A stretch of DNA of 64,000 nt from Myxococcota bacterium (GCA_039028615.1 JBCCHT010000010.1:32001-96000), one strand, 5' to 3'. Counted from the stretch's first letter, positions 1 through 10,326 are shown. The notes: generated by a model from the letters alone, not told the origin. Program-made: numbers and translations.

Positions 1-1
1 C

Positions 2-1897
2 GAGGTTCGAGCCCGGTTGCGAGCGGTGGGGGCCAGCACCACCGTCGAGCCCCCCAAGGGCAAGCTCAGCGCCACCGACGTCGATCGACTCGCGCGCTGG
101 GCCGAGTCGTTCCCGGCCAAGCGCCGCATTCCCGAGCTGAGCTACGCCTACGGCCGCCACCTGTACCTCACGGGTCGGCACGAGGACGCGGTCAAGGTGC
201 TCGACCAGATGAGCCCCTTCGACATCCCCATCACGCGGGGCGGCGAGGGGGCGGAGTGGCGCGTGCGGGCGGCCTACGTGGCGGCCTCGGCCGTGCTTGC
301 CCTCGGCGAGGCGGAAATCGCCCTCGAGCGCTTCGGTCGGATCGTCAAGGCCAACCCCTCGCGCCCTCGCGATCGCCAGATCGTGCAGCTGTCGTGGATG
401 GCCCTCGGACGGATTCACCACGACCTCGGCAACGTGGAAGACGCGGTCGACAACTACCGCCGCATCGGCCGTGACTCGCCCTACTTCCCCGAGGCGATGT
501 ACGAGACGGCGTGGACCCTGATGGCGGCGCGGCAGTACGAGCAGGCCGTCCAGGCCCTCGACCTGTTGCTGGTCTACGACCCCGACTCGCCGATCGCGGG
601 CGAGATCAAGCACCTGCGCGGCAAGGTCCGTATTCAGCAGCGCGACTACCAAGGGGCCGAAGAGCAGTTCCTGGCGCTGCGCCGCGAGTTCGATCGGCTC
701 GCCAAGCGCTTGGGCAGCAAGCTGCAATCCAAGGGCGATGCCACGGCCTACTTCGCGGCCGTCGTCGGCGAGGACATGGAGCACTTCAGCCTGGGCGCGC
801 TATTGCCTGTGGGCGCGACCACGGTGGCCAAGGGGCTGCCGCGGGCGGTGCATGCCGAGAGCCTGGCCGGCGAGGTCGGGGCGCTCAACCGCGAGCTCGA
901 CGAGCTGCGGGCGATGCTGGCCCAGATGGAAGAGGCGGTCTCCGTGCCGCACAAGGCCAAGCTCTTCACCGACCTGGGGGCTCACATCGCGGGGATCGAC
1001 GCGGGCGCGTCCGATGTCATCGAGGTCCAAGAGGAGCTCGTGGCCCGGCTCTCGGTGCGGGCCAAGGGCGCCGGCCTGGCGCGGCTCGAGGCCCAGCGCG
1101 AGCGACTGCGGGCCAAGCTCGATCAGCCGCGCGGCGGAGCCAACCCCAAGCGCGACCAGGCGGCGCGGAAGATCGAGCGGCTGGAGCAGCAGGCCCACAA
1201 GCTCGAGATCACGGTGGCTCAGCAGCGGGCGCAGCTGGTCGCCACCGAGCGCTACTACGAAGAGACCCGATCCGAGCAGAAGATCGACCATCAGGCCTTC
1301 CTGACCCAGGCGGCCGAGATGCGCAACGAGATCGCCGAGCTCGAGGCCGAAGCGGCGGCGCTGCGGCGACGCGTGAGTCGGGCCCGGGCCTCGCTGCGCT
1401 TTGCCAACCCCGAGGACGACTCGTGGCGGGCGGCCCTGGGTGCGTACCAAAAGCACCTGGGCAGCATGTACACCGCGCTGGCCAAGGTGGCCCCCGATCC
1501 CGAGATCAACGCGCTGTGGAAGCGAGCGGCGCGGTGGCACGCGGCCTCGGGCAGCGTCCGCCAGGGGCTGGACGCGGTGGCCGAGAGCCGCCTGAAACAA
1601 GCGATGGTGATCCTGGCCGAAGAGCGGGTGAACCTCGACCGCTACCGCACCGAGCTCGCGCGGGTGAAGGGCAACACCAAGAACCTGGTCTCGCAGGTGA
1701 TGTCGGCGACCTACCGCGACGTGGTGGGCGAGCTGCACAACCAAGTCATGCGCAGCGAAGTGGGCCTGCTCGACGTGGCCTGGTCCATGAAGGAAGCCGA
1801 GACCGACGAGGTGCATCGCCTCGAACTCGATCGAGATCGCGATCTGGGCGAGCTCGACGACGCGGTGAGGATGGGGCTGGAGGAGCTGGGACAGTGA
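2..1897 (+). CDS. TPR/coiled-coil protein, GltC-like (5'-partial)
   Basis: Frame open from the window edge; TPR repeats (e.g. SPYFPEAMYETAWTL) followed by long coiled coils; first gene of a Glt-like cluster; stop overlaps the next GTG. Confidence 0.7.
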   Translation, partial: EVRARLRAVGASTTVEPPKGKLSATDVDRLARWAESFPAKRRIPELSYAYGRHLYLTGRHEDAVKVLDQMSPFDIPITRGGEGAEWRVRAAYVAASAVLALGEAEIALERFGRIVKANPSRPRDRQIVQLSWMALGRIHHDLGNVEDAVDNYRRIGRDSPYFPEAMYETAWTLMAARQYEQAVQALDLLLVYDPDSPIAGEIKHLRGKVRIQQRDYQGAEEQFLALRREFDRLAKRLGSKLQSKGDATAYFAAVVGEDMEHFSLGALLPVGATTVAKGLPRAVHAESLAGEVGALNRELDELRAMLAQMEEAVSVPHKAKLFTDLGAHIAGIDAGASDVIEVQEELVARLSVRAKGAGLARLEAQRERLRAKLDQPRGGANPKRDQAARKIERLEQQAHKLEITVAQQRAQLVATERYYEETRSEQKIDHQAFLTQAAEMRNEIAELEAEAAALRRRVSRARASLRFANPEDDSWRAALGAYQKHLGSMYTALAKVAPDPEINALWKRAARWHAASGSVRQGLDAVAESRLKQAMVILAEERVNLDRYRTELARVKGNTKNLVSQVMSATYRDVVGELHNQVMRSEVGLLDVAWSMKEAETDEVHRLELDRDRDLGELDDAVRMGLEELGQ

Positions 1898-4800
1898 GCG
1901 CGCGTCGATGGAGTTTTGGGCTCGGCCTGCTGGCGATCACCGCGGCGTCCAGCCCGGCGTGGGCGCTGCCCCGCGAAGAGGGCCCCCGTGAGTCTCGGAT
2001 CGAGCCCCGTCCCGGCGAGCCGGGCTCGGGCAAGGGCCTCGAGCAGCAGATCAAGAGCACCGAGGCGGGCAAGCTCAAGGCCCCGCTGCCGCTGCGGCCG
2101 GCCGACGACAAGGAAGCCGACGCGCTCGAGGACCTCGAGAAGTTCGCCGATCGCTACCGCCGTGGCCACGACGCCACCGCCCACACCATCGCGCAGCTGC
2201 TGATCATCGAGTCGAGCAAGGGGCGGCACTCGCTCGAAGAGCAGTACCAGCGGCAGATTCGCGATCACGAGGCCAGCGCCCGCAAGATGCGAGCGCTGGC
2301 GATCCAGCGCTACGAGGACTTCCTCGAGCTGCACCCCAACGATGCCACCTGGACCCCCGAGGTCACGTTCCGCCTGGCGGAGCTGCACTTCGAGACGGCC
2401 ACCGATCGCCTCGCGCGACAGGAAGAGGCCTTCGAGAAGGAGCTCGAGGCGTACGAGGAGGCGATCAAAAAAGACCCCAACGCCCCGCCGCCCGCCAGTC
2501 CCAACCCGGACTACTCGGCCTCGGTGGCGATGTATCGCGACGTCGCGACCCGCTTCCCCCACTACCACCTCGTGGACTCGGCCCTGTACATGATGGGCAC
2601 GCTGCTCTACGACATGGAGGACTTCGACGGGGCCCGGCAGTCGTACCTGGCCCTGGCGTGCTCCAATCGCTACGAGGCACCCTTCGCCGATGGCACCAAC
2701 GCGGTGGATTCCACCAACTTCCGCCGCGGCGACTACGGAGAGTGCAACCCTCTGAACGAGGAGAGCTCGTTCGTGGCCGAGGCGTGGCTGCGGGTGGGCG
2801 AGATCCACTACGACTTCGACCAGCACGATCCGGCGATCGAGGCCTATAGCCAGGTGCTCAAGGATCCCGAAGGCGACCTCTACGACGAGGCGCTGATCCG
2901 CATGGCCTCGACGCTGTACCTCAAGCGCAGCTTCCCCGAGGCGGCCGACAAGTTCGACGAGTTCGTGCGCTACGCCGATGCCCACAAGGGCGAGGCCAAG
3001 GCCGACGGCGCGGTCGGCCTGCGCGGCGATGCCATCAAGTACCTGGCCAAGACCTACGTCGAAGAGGACTGGGACCTCGACGGGCGTCGCGACCGGGTCT
3101 GGGGGTTCGCCCGCCTCGACCGTGACTATCGCGAGCGGGGCAACGAGCGGCACGTCCCCGAGATCTACGCCGCCCTGGGCGACCTGTTCGCCATCCAGAC
3201 CGAGTTTCTCAAGGCCATCGACATCTGGAAGACCACGCTGCGTCGGTGGCCCATGACCCCGGCCGCACCCAAGATCCAGCTGCGGATCCTCAGCGCGTAC
3301 AACCTGCTGCAAGACGAGGCAGGGGCTCGCAGCGCTCGCGATGCGCTGGCCACCAATTACCTGCGCGGCACCAAGTGGTTTTACGCCAACGAGAGTGACC
3401 CGGATGTCGTCGAAGAGGCGCTGGCCCTGGCCGAGGAGGCCCTGGTCCACACCGCCATCGACCACCACACGCAGGCCCAGGCGCTGCGAGCCGAGGGCGA
3501 CAAGGCGGGGGCCAAGGCCGAGTACGAGATCGCGGCCCGGGCCTACGAGGCCTACCTCGAGCGCTTCCCGGACACGCCCACCAGCTACGAAAACCGCTTC
3601 AACTTCGCCGAGTCGCTGTACTACAGCGAACAGTTCGAGAAGGCGGCCGACCAGTACGGGCAGGTCCGCGACTCGAATATCGACAACCGGCTGCAAGAGG
3701 ACGCGGCCAGCGGGGCCGTGCTGGCCTTCGAGGCGTTCGTCGAGCAGGAGACCCAAGCCGGGCGCCTGACCCTGCCCGACATGCCGGGCCAGGACACCGA
3801 GGGTCCCTTCGATGCGGTCGAGATGCCGGAGCTGCTCATGGCCATGCAGGTGGCCTACGACAGCTTCGTCGACGTGCTGCCCGACAGCGAGCAGACCCCG
3901 GCCATGATGGTGCTCGCGGGCGAGCTGTCGCAGCGCTACTACCAGTTCGAGGACGCCGAGCGACGCTTCGTGCGGGTGCTCGACGAGCACTGCGAGGAGA
4001 ACGCGGCCATCCGGGCAGGCACCGCCATCGTCGACGGCTACGTCGCGCGCGAGGAACTCGAGGCCGCGCGCGAGTGGACCGACCAGCTGCTCGAGCGCGG
4101 CTGCGGTGAAGGAGACGAGAAGGAGCAGTTCGCGGGCAAGCTCAAGACCCTGGGCAACGCGGTGCGCTTCCAGGAGGCGAGCCTGCTCTACGAGGCGGGC
4201 GAGTTCGAGGCCGCGGCCGATCGTTTCGTGGCGCTGGTCGACCAGGCCCCCAAAGACGACAACGCCGCCGCCGCGCTCAACAACGCCGCGGTCTGCTACG
4301 AGAACATCGGCCGGTTCTCCTCCGCGAGCCAGACCTACAAGCGCATCTACACCAGCTACCCCGACTCCGACTTCGCCGACGATGCGCTGCTGCGCACGGG
4401 CTTCAACCACTCGCGCTTCTTCGAGTTCGACAAGGCGGTGGGCTCGTACCTGATCCTCGCCGAGGACGACCACTACAAGGACAGCGAGCACCGCGAGGTC
4501 GCGCTGCGCAACGCCGCCGACCTGCTCGATAGCCTGCAGGACTACAAGCGCTCCTCCGACTTCTACAAGCGCTACGCCGAGCAGGCCGCCAACGAGGCCG
4601 ATGCGGGCGAGGCGATGTTCAAGGCGGCCAAGGTCCTGGGCAAGACCGAGGACAAGGCGGCCACGATCACCGCGTACCAGAACTTCTTGGTGCAGTACGG
4701 CGACAAGCCCGACCAGGCCGAGCGAGCGGTCGAGGCCGAGCTGCGCATCGGCCAGGCCTACGCCGCGCAGGGCAACCGCAAGCGGGCCGAGGAGCACTAC

Positions 4801-5352
4801 CGAGCCACGGTGGCGGCCTTCGACGCCCGCGGGCTCCAAGTGGCCACCGATGCCGCCGACTACCCCGCCGAGGCCCAGTTCCTGCTCGCCGAGTATGCGC
4901 TGGGGGATGTGCTCGGCCGCAAGATCACGGGTACGGGCAAGAAGTTCGATCGGGAGACCAAGGCGCTGTTCGATGCGCTGGTGGTGGCGACGTCGGCGTA
5001 CGACAACGTCTTCCCCTATCGGCGTCTCGACTGGGTGTTGGCCGCGATGTTCCGCCGGGGCTTCGCCTTCGAGACCACGGCCATCGCGGTGCGGGAGGCC
5101 CCCGTACCCAACAAGCTCAAGGAGTACTCCGAGGCTTGGTTCGCCTACAAAGACCTCGTGGAGGCCTTCGCCGCGCGCACGGAGACCAAAGCGATCGAGC
5201 TTTACATCCTGACGGTGACGAAGAGCAAGGAGGCCAACATCGCCAACGAGTGGACTCGCTCGGCGCTGGAACGGCTCAACATCTATCGACCCGAGGACTT
5301 CCCGCTGCTGCGGACTCCGGCCCTCGATCTACAGCTGGAGGACCGACGATGA
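1894..5352 (+). CDS. Large secreted TPR protein, GltD/AgmU-like
   Basis: GTG at 1894 overlaps the upstream stop (GTGA) with GGAGGAG upstream; signal peptide ending AWA; many TPRs; C-terminal NEWTRSALERLN..PEDFP as I recall for GltD-type proteins. Confidence 0.75.
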   Translation: MSARRWSFGLGLLAITAASSPAWALPREEGPRESRIEPRPGEPGSGKGLEQQIKSTEAGKLKAPLPLRPADDKEADALEDLEKFADRYRRGHDATAHTIAQLLIIESSKGRHSLEEQYQRQIRDHEASARKMRALAIQRYEDFLELHPNDATWTPEVTFRLAELHFETATDRLARQEEAFEKELEAYEEAIKKDPNAPPPASPNPDYSASVAMYRDVATRFPHYHLVDSALYMMGTLLYDMEDFDGARQSYLALACSNRYEAPFADGTNAVDSTNFRRGDYGECNPLNEESSFVAEAWLRVGEIHYDFDQHDPAIEAYSQVLKDPEGDLYDEALIRMASTLYLKRSFPEAADKFDEFVRYADAHKGEAKADGAVGLRGDAIKYLAKTYVEEDWDLDGRRDRVWGFARLDRDYRERGNERHVPEIYAALGDLFAIQTEFLKAIDIWKTTLRRWPMTPAAPKIQLRILSAYNLLQDEAGARSARDALATNYLRGTKWFYANESDPDVVEEALALAEEALVHTAIDHHTQAQALRAEGDKAGAKAEYEIAARAYEAYLERFPDTPTSYENRFNFAESLYYSEQFEKAADQYGQVRDSNIDNRLQEDAASGAVLAFEAFVEQETQAGRLTLPDMPGQDTEGPFDAVEMPELLMAMQVAYDSFVDVLPDSEQTPAMMVLAGELSQRYYQFEDAERRFVRVLDEHCEENAAIRAGTAIVDGYVAREELEAAREWTDQLLERGCGEGDEKEQFAGKLKTLGNAVRFQEASLLYEAGEFEAAADRFVALVDQAPKDDNAAAALNNAAVCYENIGRFSSASQTYKRIYTSYPDSDFADDALLRTGFNHSRFFEFDKAVGSYLILAEDDHYKDSEHREVALRNAADLLDSLQDYKRSSDFYKRYAEQAANEADAGEAMFKAAKVLGKTEDKAATITAYQNFLVQYGDKPDQAERAVEAELRIGQAYAAQGNRKRAEEHYRATVAAFDARGLQVATDAADYPAEAQFLLAEYALGDVLGRKITGTGKKFDRETKALFDALVVATSAYDNVFPYRRLDWVLAAMFRRGFAFETTAIAVREAPVPNKLKEYSEAWFAYKDLVEAFAARTETKAIELYILTVTKSKEANIANEWTRSALERLNIYRPEDFPLLRTPALDLQLEDRR

Positions 5353-7292
5353 ACCGCTGGACCCTGGGCCTTCCACTGGGCCTCGTCGGCGTGCTGCTGG
5401 CGGGCTGCCCTGGCCCCGACACTCAGAAGACCGAGACCCCCGACGGGCCCTCCGAGCTCAACGAGGACGTGCTCATCGGCTCGACCGACGACGAGCCCGC
5501 CGAGGAGGTCGACCCCGAGCTCGCGGCCAAGCAGGCGGCGGCCAAGGAGGTGCTCGAGAAGGTCAAGGACCGCGACCCCGAAGAGGAGCGCAAGAAGCTC
5601 GAGCGCTCGCACGCGATCAGCCAGCAGGCGCAGGCCAAGCTCACCAAGGGCCAGTACACCGACGCGGTCAAGACGGCCCGCCAGGCGCTCAAGGTGCACG
5701 AGCAGAACGTCGACGCGATGCTCGTGTTCGCCGAGGTCTACTACAAAGAGGGCAAGTTCGAGCTCGTCCGGGCGGTCACCAGCTCCGCCCTGCAGATCGA
5801 CGCCAAGATTCGCACCCCCGAAGAGACCTCGCGGGCCTACAACCTCCAGGGCTTCGCCATGCTGGCCATGGGCGAAGACCAGGGGGCGACGCGCTCCTTC
5901 AAGAAGGCGGCCGAGGTCGACGAGAAGAACGCGGCCGCCTGGAACAACCTGGGCACCCGCTATCTCGACGTCGGTGACGTGCCCACGGCCACCGCGTGCT
6001 TCGAGTATGCGATCGAGCTCGAGCCGCGCTTTTACAAGGCACACCTGAACTACGGGGCGGCGTTGCGGGCGAGCCGAAACTGGGAAGCGGCCGAGGCGGC
6101 CATGCGCAAGGCGCTGGAGCTGCGGCCCAACTACCCCGAGGCCTACTTCAACCTCGGCGTGCTCTACCTCGACGCCGATCCCTTCCCGGGCCTGGACACG
6201 ACGCAGCGGCTCAACAAGGTCATCGGGAACCTCAGCAAGTTTCAGAAGCTGGCCGTCGACGACGACAAGGCCAAGACGCGCGCGGGCACGCCGGGGCTGG
6301 CGGCGGCCGGGGCCAATGCTCCACCGCCGCGAGTGAGCAAGGCCAGAGCCGAAGACTTCATTCGCGTCGCCAAAAAGGGGCTCGAAAAAGAGGGGCGTCG
6401 ACTCGATCGCGCCAAAGAGCGAGAGGCCAAGAACGCCGCCGAAGCAGCCGAGGCGGCGGCCGCCGAGGCAACGGCAGCCGAAGCCGCGGCGGCGGGAGGC
6501 GAAGCCGGGGCACCGACCGAGGCCGGCGCCGAGACGCCGGGCGAAGGCGGAGCGACCGATCCGGCCCAGCCCTCGCCGCAGGGGCCGAACCAACCGGAGC
6601 CCGCCAGCCCGACGCCGCAGGGTCCACAGCAGCCGGGTTCGGGTGAGCCGGCCGAGCCGACTCCGAGCGACCCCGCACCGACGCAGCCGGCCAAGCCGAC
6701 ACCGACGCAGCCGGCCAAGCCGACGCCGACACAGCCGGCCAAGCCGACGCCGACGCAGCCGGCCAAGCCGACGCCGACACAGCCGGCCAAGCCCGCGCCG
6801 ACACAGCCGGCCAAGCCCGCACCGACGCAGCCGGCCAAGCCCGCACCGACGCAGCCGGCCAAGCCCGCACCGACGCAGCCGGCCAAGCCCGCGCCCACGC
6901 AGCCAGCCAAGCCCGCGCCGACGCAGCCGGCCAAGCCCACGCCGGCTCCTCCTCCGGCCCAGAAGCCCTCGCCGCAGAAACCTCAGTCCGCCTCGCTGCG
7001 TGCAGGGGAGGCGATGCACCCACATGGCGCTTCAAAAAAACTTGGGCTCCAATGGGCATCGCGTGGAACCCGCTCGACTCCGTCGACACTAAACTCGATG
7101 GAGGCTGGCGTCGTCGGGATGTCCCGTGTCGACTACGCCCTGGTTCGTGATGCCTTGGGTCGCACCCCTGATTCGATTTCGGTGCCGACCTGGTTCGCCG
7201 TTTCCGATGGCGATCGATTCAACAACGCGTCGATGTTCGCCCCATCGATCACTTCCCGGTCTTTGCCCCGGTACGGATCCACGACGACATGA
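5349..7292 (+). CDS. TPR lipoprotein, GltE/AglT-like, with Pro-rich repeat tail
   Basis: ATGA overlap; lipobox LLAG-C; TPRs (AAAWNNLG, AHLNYGA, PEAYFNLGVLY); PTQPAKP repeats; the last ~100 codons look atypical. Confidence 0.75.
   Translation: MNRWTLGLPLGLVGVLLAGCPGPDTQKTETPDGPSELNEDVLIGSTDDEPAEEVDPELAAKQAAAKEVLEKVKDRDPEEERKKLERSHAISQQAQAKLTKGQYTDAVKTARQALKVHEQNVDAMLVFAEVYYKEGKFELVRAVTSSALQIDAKIRTPEETSRAYNLQGFAMLAMGEDQGATRSFKKAAEVDEKNAAAWNNLGTRYLDVGDVPTATACFEYAIELEPRFYKAHLNYGAALRASRNWEAAEAAMRKALELRPNYPEAYFNLGVLYLDADPFPGLDTTQRLNKVIGNLSKFQKLAVDDDKAKTRAGTPGLAAAGANAPPPRVSKARAEDFIRVAKKGLEKEGRRLDRAKEREAKNAAEAAEAAAAEATAAEAAAAGGEAGAPTEAGAETPGEGGATDPAQPSPQGPNQPEPASPTPQGPQQPGSGEPAEPTPSDPAPTQPAKPTPTQPAKPTPTQPAKPTPTQPAKPTPTQPAKPAPTQPAKPAPTQPAKPAPTQPAKPAPTQPAKPAPTQPAKPAPTQPAKPTPAPPPAQKPSPQKPQSASLRAGEAMHPHGASKKLGLQWASRGTRSTPSTLNSMEAGVVGMSRVDYALVRDALGRTPDSISVPTWFAVSDGDRFNNASMFAPSITSRSLPRYGSTTT
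6678..6941 (+). repeat. Coding tandem repeat, 11 x 24 nt (PTQPAKP[T/A])
   Basis: CCAAGC recurs every 24 nt from 6691 to 6931 (11 copies), with synonymous variation and T/A variants. Confidence 0.95.
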
Positions 7293-7411
7293 GTGCAACT
7301 CCACACGATCTCCGACGCGGCCTTCGTGACTTCCTCACTCGCGGTGGTCTTGGCCGTAGCGAACGGCACCCTTCGATCAGGATCGAGGCGAATACCAGCG
7401 AAGAATCGGAA

Positions 7412-8230
7412 ATGATGATGCCGTTTGGTGGCCGTGGAAGGGCAACGGGACGCCGTATTCCCCTGGTTTGCGTCTTGGCAGCGGCGGGTGTTTTCGCTAT
7501 GGTGCTCACCTCGCAACCTGTGTACGGTCAGCCCCCACATCGGGGCCAAAGCCCGAACCCCTCGCCCAGGGGGTCGGAGTTGGTGAACACCCCCACGAAA
7601 CGTCCGACGTCTGCCTCGCAGGCATCGAAGGCTTCGTCGACGGCGTCTGCCGAGCGCCCCGCCCGAACAGCTCGAGTCGAAGGTGTTGAACGAATGGATC
7701 GTTCGACGACCCCGCGACGTGCGTCGCACACGGCTCGCTCTTCGGCCTCGACTCGCTCGACCGCGAGTGATCGCCCGACGAATGCTCGGCGACGTTCGCC
7801 GGTGCGTTCGGCCGTTCGCACCTCACCGACTTCTCGGCGCACACGACGATCGGACGCCTCAGCCCCGACCACGACGTCGGCACGCGTCGATCGGCCCGCC
7901 GCGACCAACGACGCCGACGAGCCGGTGCGCGTCGCGATGCGCACCGTGACCGCCGCGCCCTCGCGCGCTGAAGGTCCTGCGAGCACCGAGCCATCTACCA
8001 CGCGTGGGGAAGAGCCCACGTCCCGCCGCGAACGTCGCGAGAGGCGATCGTCCGGCACCAGCTCCGGCACTCGAACTGTGATCACGGATGAATTCCGGAT
8101 CGAGGGGAAGCTCGAGAAGCCGAGCGCTTACTTCATCCTGCGGCGTTCGTCGCTCGACTATGACTGGGCACGACTCGACGCCAAGTTTTCACCTTTGGTG
8201 CTTGAGTCCGTCCAGGATCCTTTGTTCTAA
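7412..8230 (+). CDS. Secreted low-complexity protein with GltF/CglF-like C-terminal motif
   Basis: Hydrophobic signal; Ser/Thr/Arg-rich linker; C-terminal IEGKLEKPSAYFILRR...LESVQDPLF; position after the gltE-like gene; start uncertain (7289 possible). Confidence 0.55.
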   Translation: MMMPFGGRGRATGRRIPLVCVLAAAGVFAMVLTSQPVYGQPPHRGQSPNPSPRGSELVNTPTKRPTSASQASKASSTASAERPARTARVEGVERMDRSTTPRRASHTARSSASTRSTASDRPTNARRRSPVRSAVRTSPTSRRTRRSDASAPTTTSARVDRPAATNDADEPVRVAMRTVTAAPSRAEGPASTEPSTTRGEEPTSRRERRERRSSGTSSGTRTVITDEFRIEGKLEKPSAYFILRRSSLDYDWARLDAKFSPLVLESVQDPLF

Positions 8231-8458
8231 TCTCGGCTTAGGTCGCACCCACTTTTGGGGATTCGCAGGACTACCAGTTTCTTTCAACAAAGCCTCCGAG
8301 GGATAGCGCTCTCCGCGCGCGAGAGCACGACCCAAGCAGCCGACGTGGCATGCATCGGAGCAACACCAACCAACGAAAACCGGGCACATCGACGTGCCGC
8401 CCGGTGCAAGAGGGGACCATGGGAAGGCTCCCCGATCTTTTGAGGAGGACACACGGTC

Positions 8459-9091
8459 ATGGACAATTTCGCTGAGTTTTACCAGGACGGCGGCGTATGG
8501 ATGCACTTCATCGCGCTCACCGCCATCATGGGCGCGGGCGTCACGATTGAGCGCTTCATCTTCTTGTTCTTCCGCTTCAACATCAACGGCGGCCAGTTCT
8601 TCAACCAGATTCAAAAGCTGGTGATGGCCAACAACATCGACCGCGCGATCAAGCTGTGCAACGCCGCCGACAAGGCAGCGCTCGCCCGCGTGATCAAGGC
8701 CGGGCTCACCCGCGCCAACAAGAGCGAGGCCGACATTGCCGCCGCGATCGAGGAGGCGACCCTCGAGGTCGGTCCCGCGATTGGCAAGCGCGTTCCGATG
8801 ATCTCGGCGCTCGCGAACATCGCGACTCTGCTCGGTCTGTTGGGCACCATCTTCGGCATGATCTCGGCGTTCAAGGCGGTTGCTACCGTCTCCGCCGACC
8901 AGCGCGCCACCGCGCTGGCGAAGGGCATCTCCATCGCCATCAACACCACCGGCTTCGGTCTGTTGGTCGCGATTCCGCTGCTCGCCATGCACATCTTCAT
9001 CTCGAACCTGGCCAAGAAGATCTCCGACGAGGTCGACCTGTACGCGGTCAAGCTCGAGAACCTCCTGTCGGCTCGGGTCCGTCAGGGATAG
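8459..9091 (+). CDS. MotA/TolQ/ExbB proton channel protein (AglR-like)
   Basis: GAGGAGG RBS; motifs ATLLGLLGTIFGMI and GISIAINTTGFGLLVAIP. Confidence 0.92.
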   Translation: MDNFAEFYQDGGVWMHFIALTAIMGAGVTIERFIFLFFRFNINGGQFFNQIQKLVMANNIDRAIKLCNAADKAALARVIKAGLTRANKSEADIAAAIEEATLEVGPAIGKRVPMISALANIATLLGLLGTIFGMISAFKAVATVSADQRATALAKGISIAINTTGFGLLVAIPLLAMHIFISNLAKKISDEVDLYAVKLENLLSARVRQG

Positions 9092-9185
9092 GCCGTGGCA
9101 TCCAGGCCCCCGCGTGCATGAGCATCGGGGTGCCTGGGTCCTCCCCTAGTAACCTGAGGATTTCCTCTTTTGAAGGAAGCGGGCC

Positions 9186-9761
9186 ATGGCTAGACGAAGA
9201 AAGAAGATGGACGAGGCTGAGGTTGAAGCAAACCTCATCCCGGTCATGAACGTCATGTTCCTCCTTATTCCGGCGCTTCTGCTCGCCATGGAGGTCGCTC
9301 GATTCGCGGCGGTGAATGTCTCGCCCCCGAAGTTTGCGGCCCAAGCGGACCAGAAGAAGGAAAAGGAAGACAAGGAGAAGCCACTCAACCTCAAGGTCTT
9401 CATCATGGATGACGGCTATCGGGTGAGTGCATCGGGCCAGCAACAAGGTGCCGAGGCCGGTAAGTCGGCCGACTCCGGAAAGCCGACGATTCCGTTGGCC
9501 AAGGCGGGTGCGCCGATCGACGACTTCGATCGCTACGACTACGCCAAACTCGAGGCCGAAGCGGCCAAGTACAAGAGCTTGTTCGCCCACGAGACGGTCG
9601 TGACCGTCAGTGCGGAAAACAGCATCCCAATGCAGGTCCTCATCAACACGATGGACGCCCTGCGGGGGTCAGAGTGCAAGCTACTCAAGGCGATGTCCGG
9701 CGAAGAAGTGCCTCCTGAGTGCTACTTCTGGCAGACCATCGTAGAGGCGGGAGCAGGCTGA
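9186..9761 (+). CDS. ExbD/TolR family protein, Asn-type TM helix
   Basis: TM helix NLIPVMNVMFLLIPALL; periplasmic ExbD-like domain (AENSIPMQVLINTMDALR). Confidence 0.85.
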   Translation: MARRRKKMDEAEVEANLIPVMNVMFLLIPALLLAMEVARFAAVNVSPPKFAAQADQKKEKEDKEKPLNLKVFIMDDGYRVSASGQQQGAEAGKSADSGKPTIPLAKAGAPIDDFDRYDYAKLEAEAAKYKSLFAHETVVTVSAENSIPMQVLINTMDALRGSECKLLKAMSGEEVPPECYFWQTIVEAGAG

Positions 9762-9762
9762 C

Positions 9763-10299
9763 ATGACGCCAGAAGAGCTATTTCAAGCGAAGAAGGCGGC
9801 CAAGAAGGCAGCTCGTCGCAACAAGGCCGAGGAAGAGGGCAAGCTCAACATCACCTCGCTGATGGACATCGTTTCCATCATCGTCGTGTACCTGCTCAAG
9901 AGCTACGGCGCGGACCCGGTGGTCATCATGCCCACCGCGGGACAGAAGATCCCGATGTCCAAGGCCGACTCGCCCATCCAGGACGGCATCCCGGTCTACA
10001 TCTCCAAGCGATCGATCACCTTCAACAGCAAGAAGCTGGTCCAGATCGACGAGAACGGCGACATCGAAGCCGGGGCCTTGCAGGACAACCTCATCGGGCC
10101 GCTGTACGACTCGATGGCGGAGGAGGCCGACAAGGCCAAGCAGATGGCTGCCAACCAGGGCAAAGAGGACGGCTGGAGTGGCCGCATCATCCTGGTGGGC
10201 GACCAGAACCTGAAGTTCTCGACCTTGGTCGCGGTGATGTACACCGCGGGTCGAGCGGAGTTCCGCGAGTACGCATTCTGCGTGATTCAGAACTCCTAG
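9763..10299 (+). CDS. ExbD/TolR family protein, Asp-type TM helix
   Basis: LNITSLMDIVSIIVVYLL; C-terminal GDQNLKFSTLVAVMYTAGRAEF. Confidence 0.88.
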   Translation: MTPEELFQAKKAAKKAARRNKAEEEGKLNITSLMDIVSIIVVYLLKSYGADPVVIMPTAGQKIPMSKADSPIQDGIPVYISKRSITFNSKKLVQIDENGDIEAGALQDNLIGPLYDSMAEEADKAKQMAANQGKEDGWSGRIILVGDQNLKFSTLVAVMYTAGRAEFREYAFCVIQNS

Positions 10300-10326
10300 G
10301 CGGAGCACCTTTGGGCACGTCGACGA

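Noticed and set aside
511..1893. N-terminal extensions in the ORF track (511, 5136, 13902, 30005, 37183, 55068, 57062 starts)
   Set aside because: They overlap real upstream genes; downstream starts give signal peptides or stop/start coupling
1711..4839. 1042-aa minus-strand ORF and other long antisense or alternate-frame ORFs (e.g. 19874-22039, 23550-27053, 23567-27151, 33942-35693, 52252-54237)
   Set aside because: Shadow ORFs typical of high-GC DNA; they overlap genes with clear motifs and lack recognisable domains
6678..6941. Regular repeat considered as a CRISPR array
   Set aside because: No unique spacers; in-frame 24-nt coding repeat; no cas genes
8375..8445. Hairpins upstream of the TolQ-like gene as a riboswitch
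   Set aside because: No recognisable aptamer consensus; short GC stems are expected by chance
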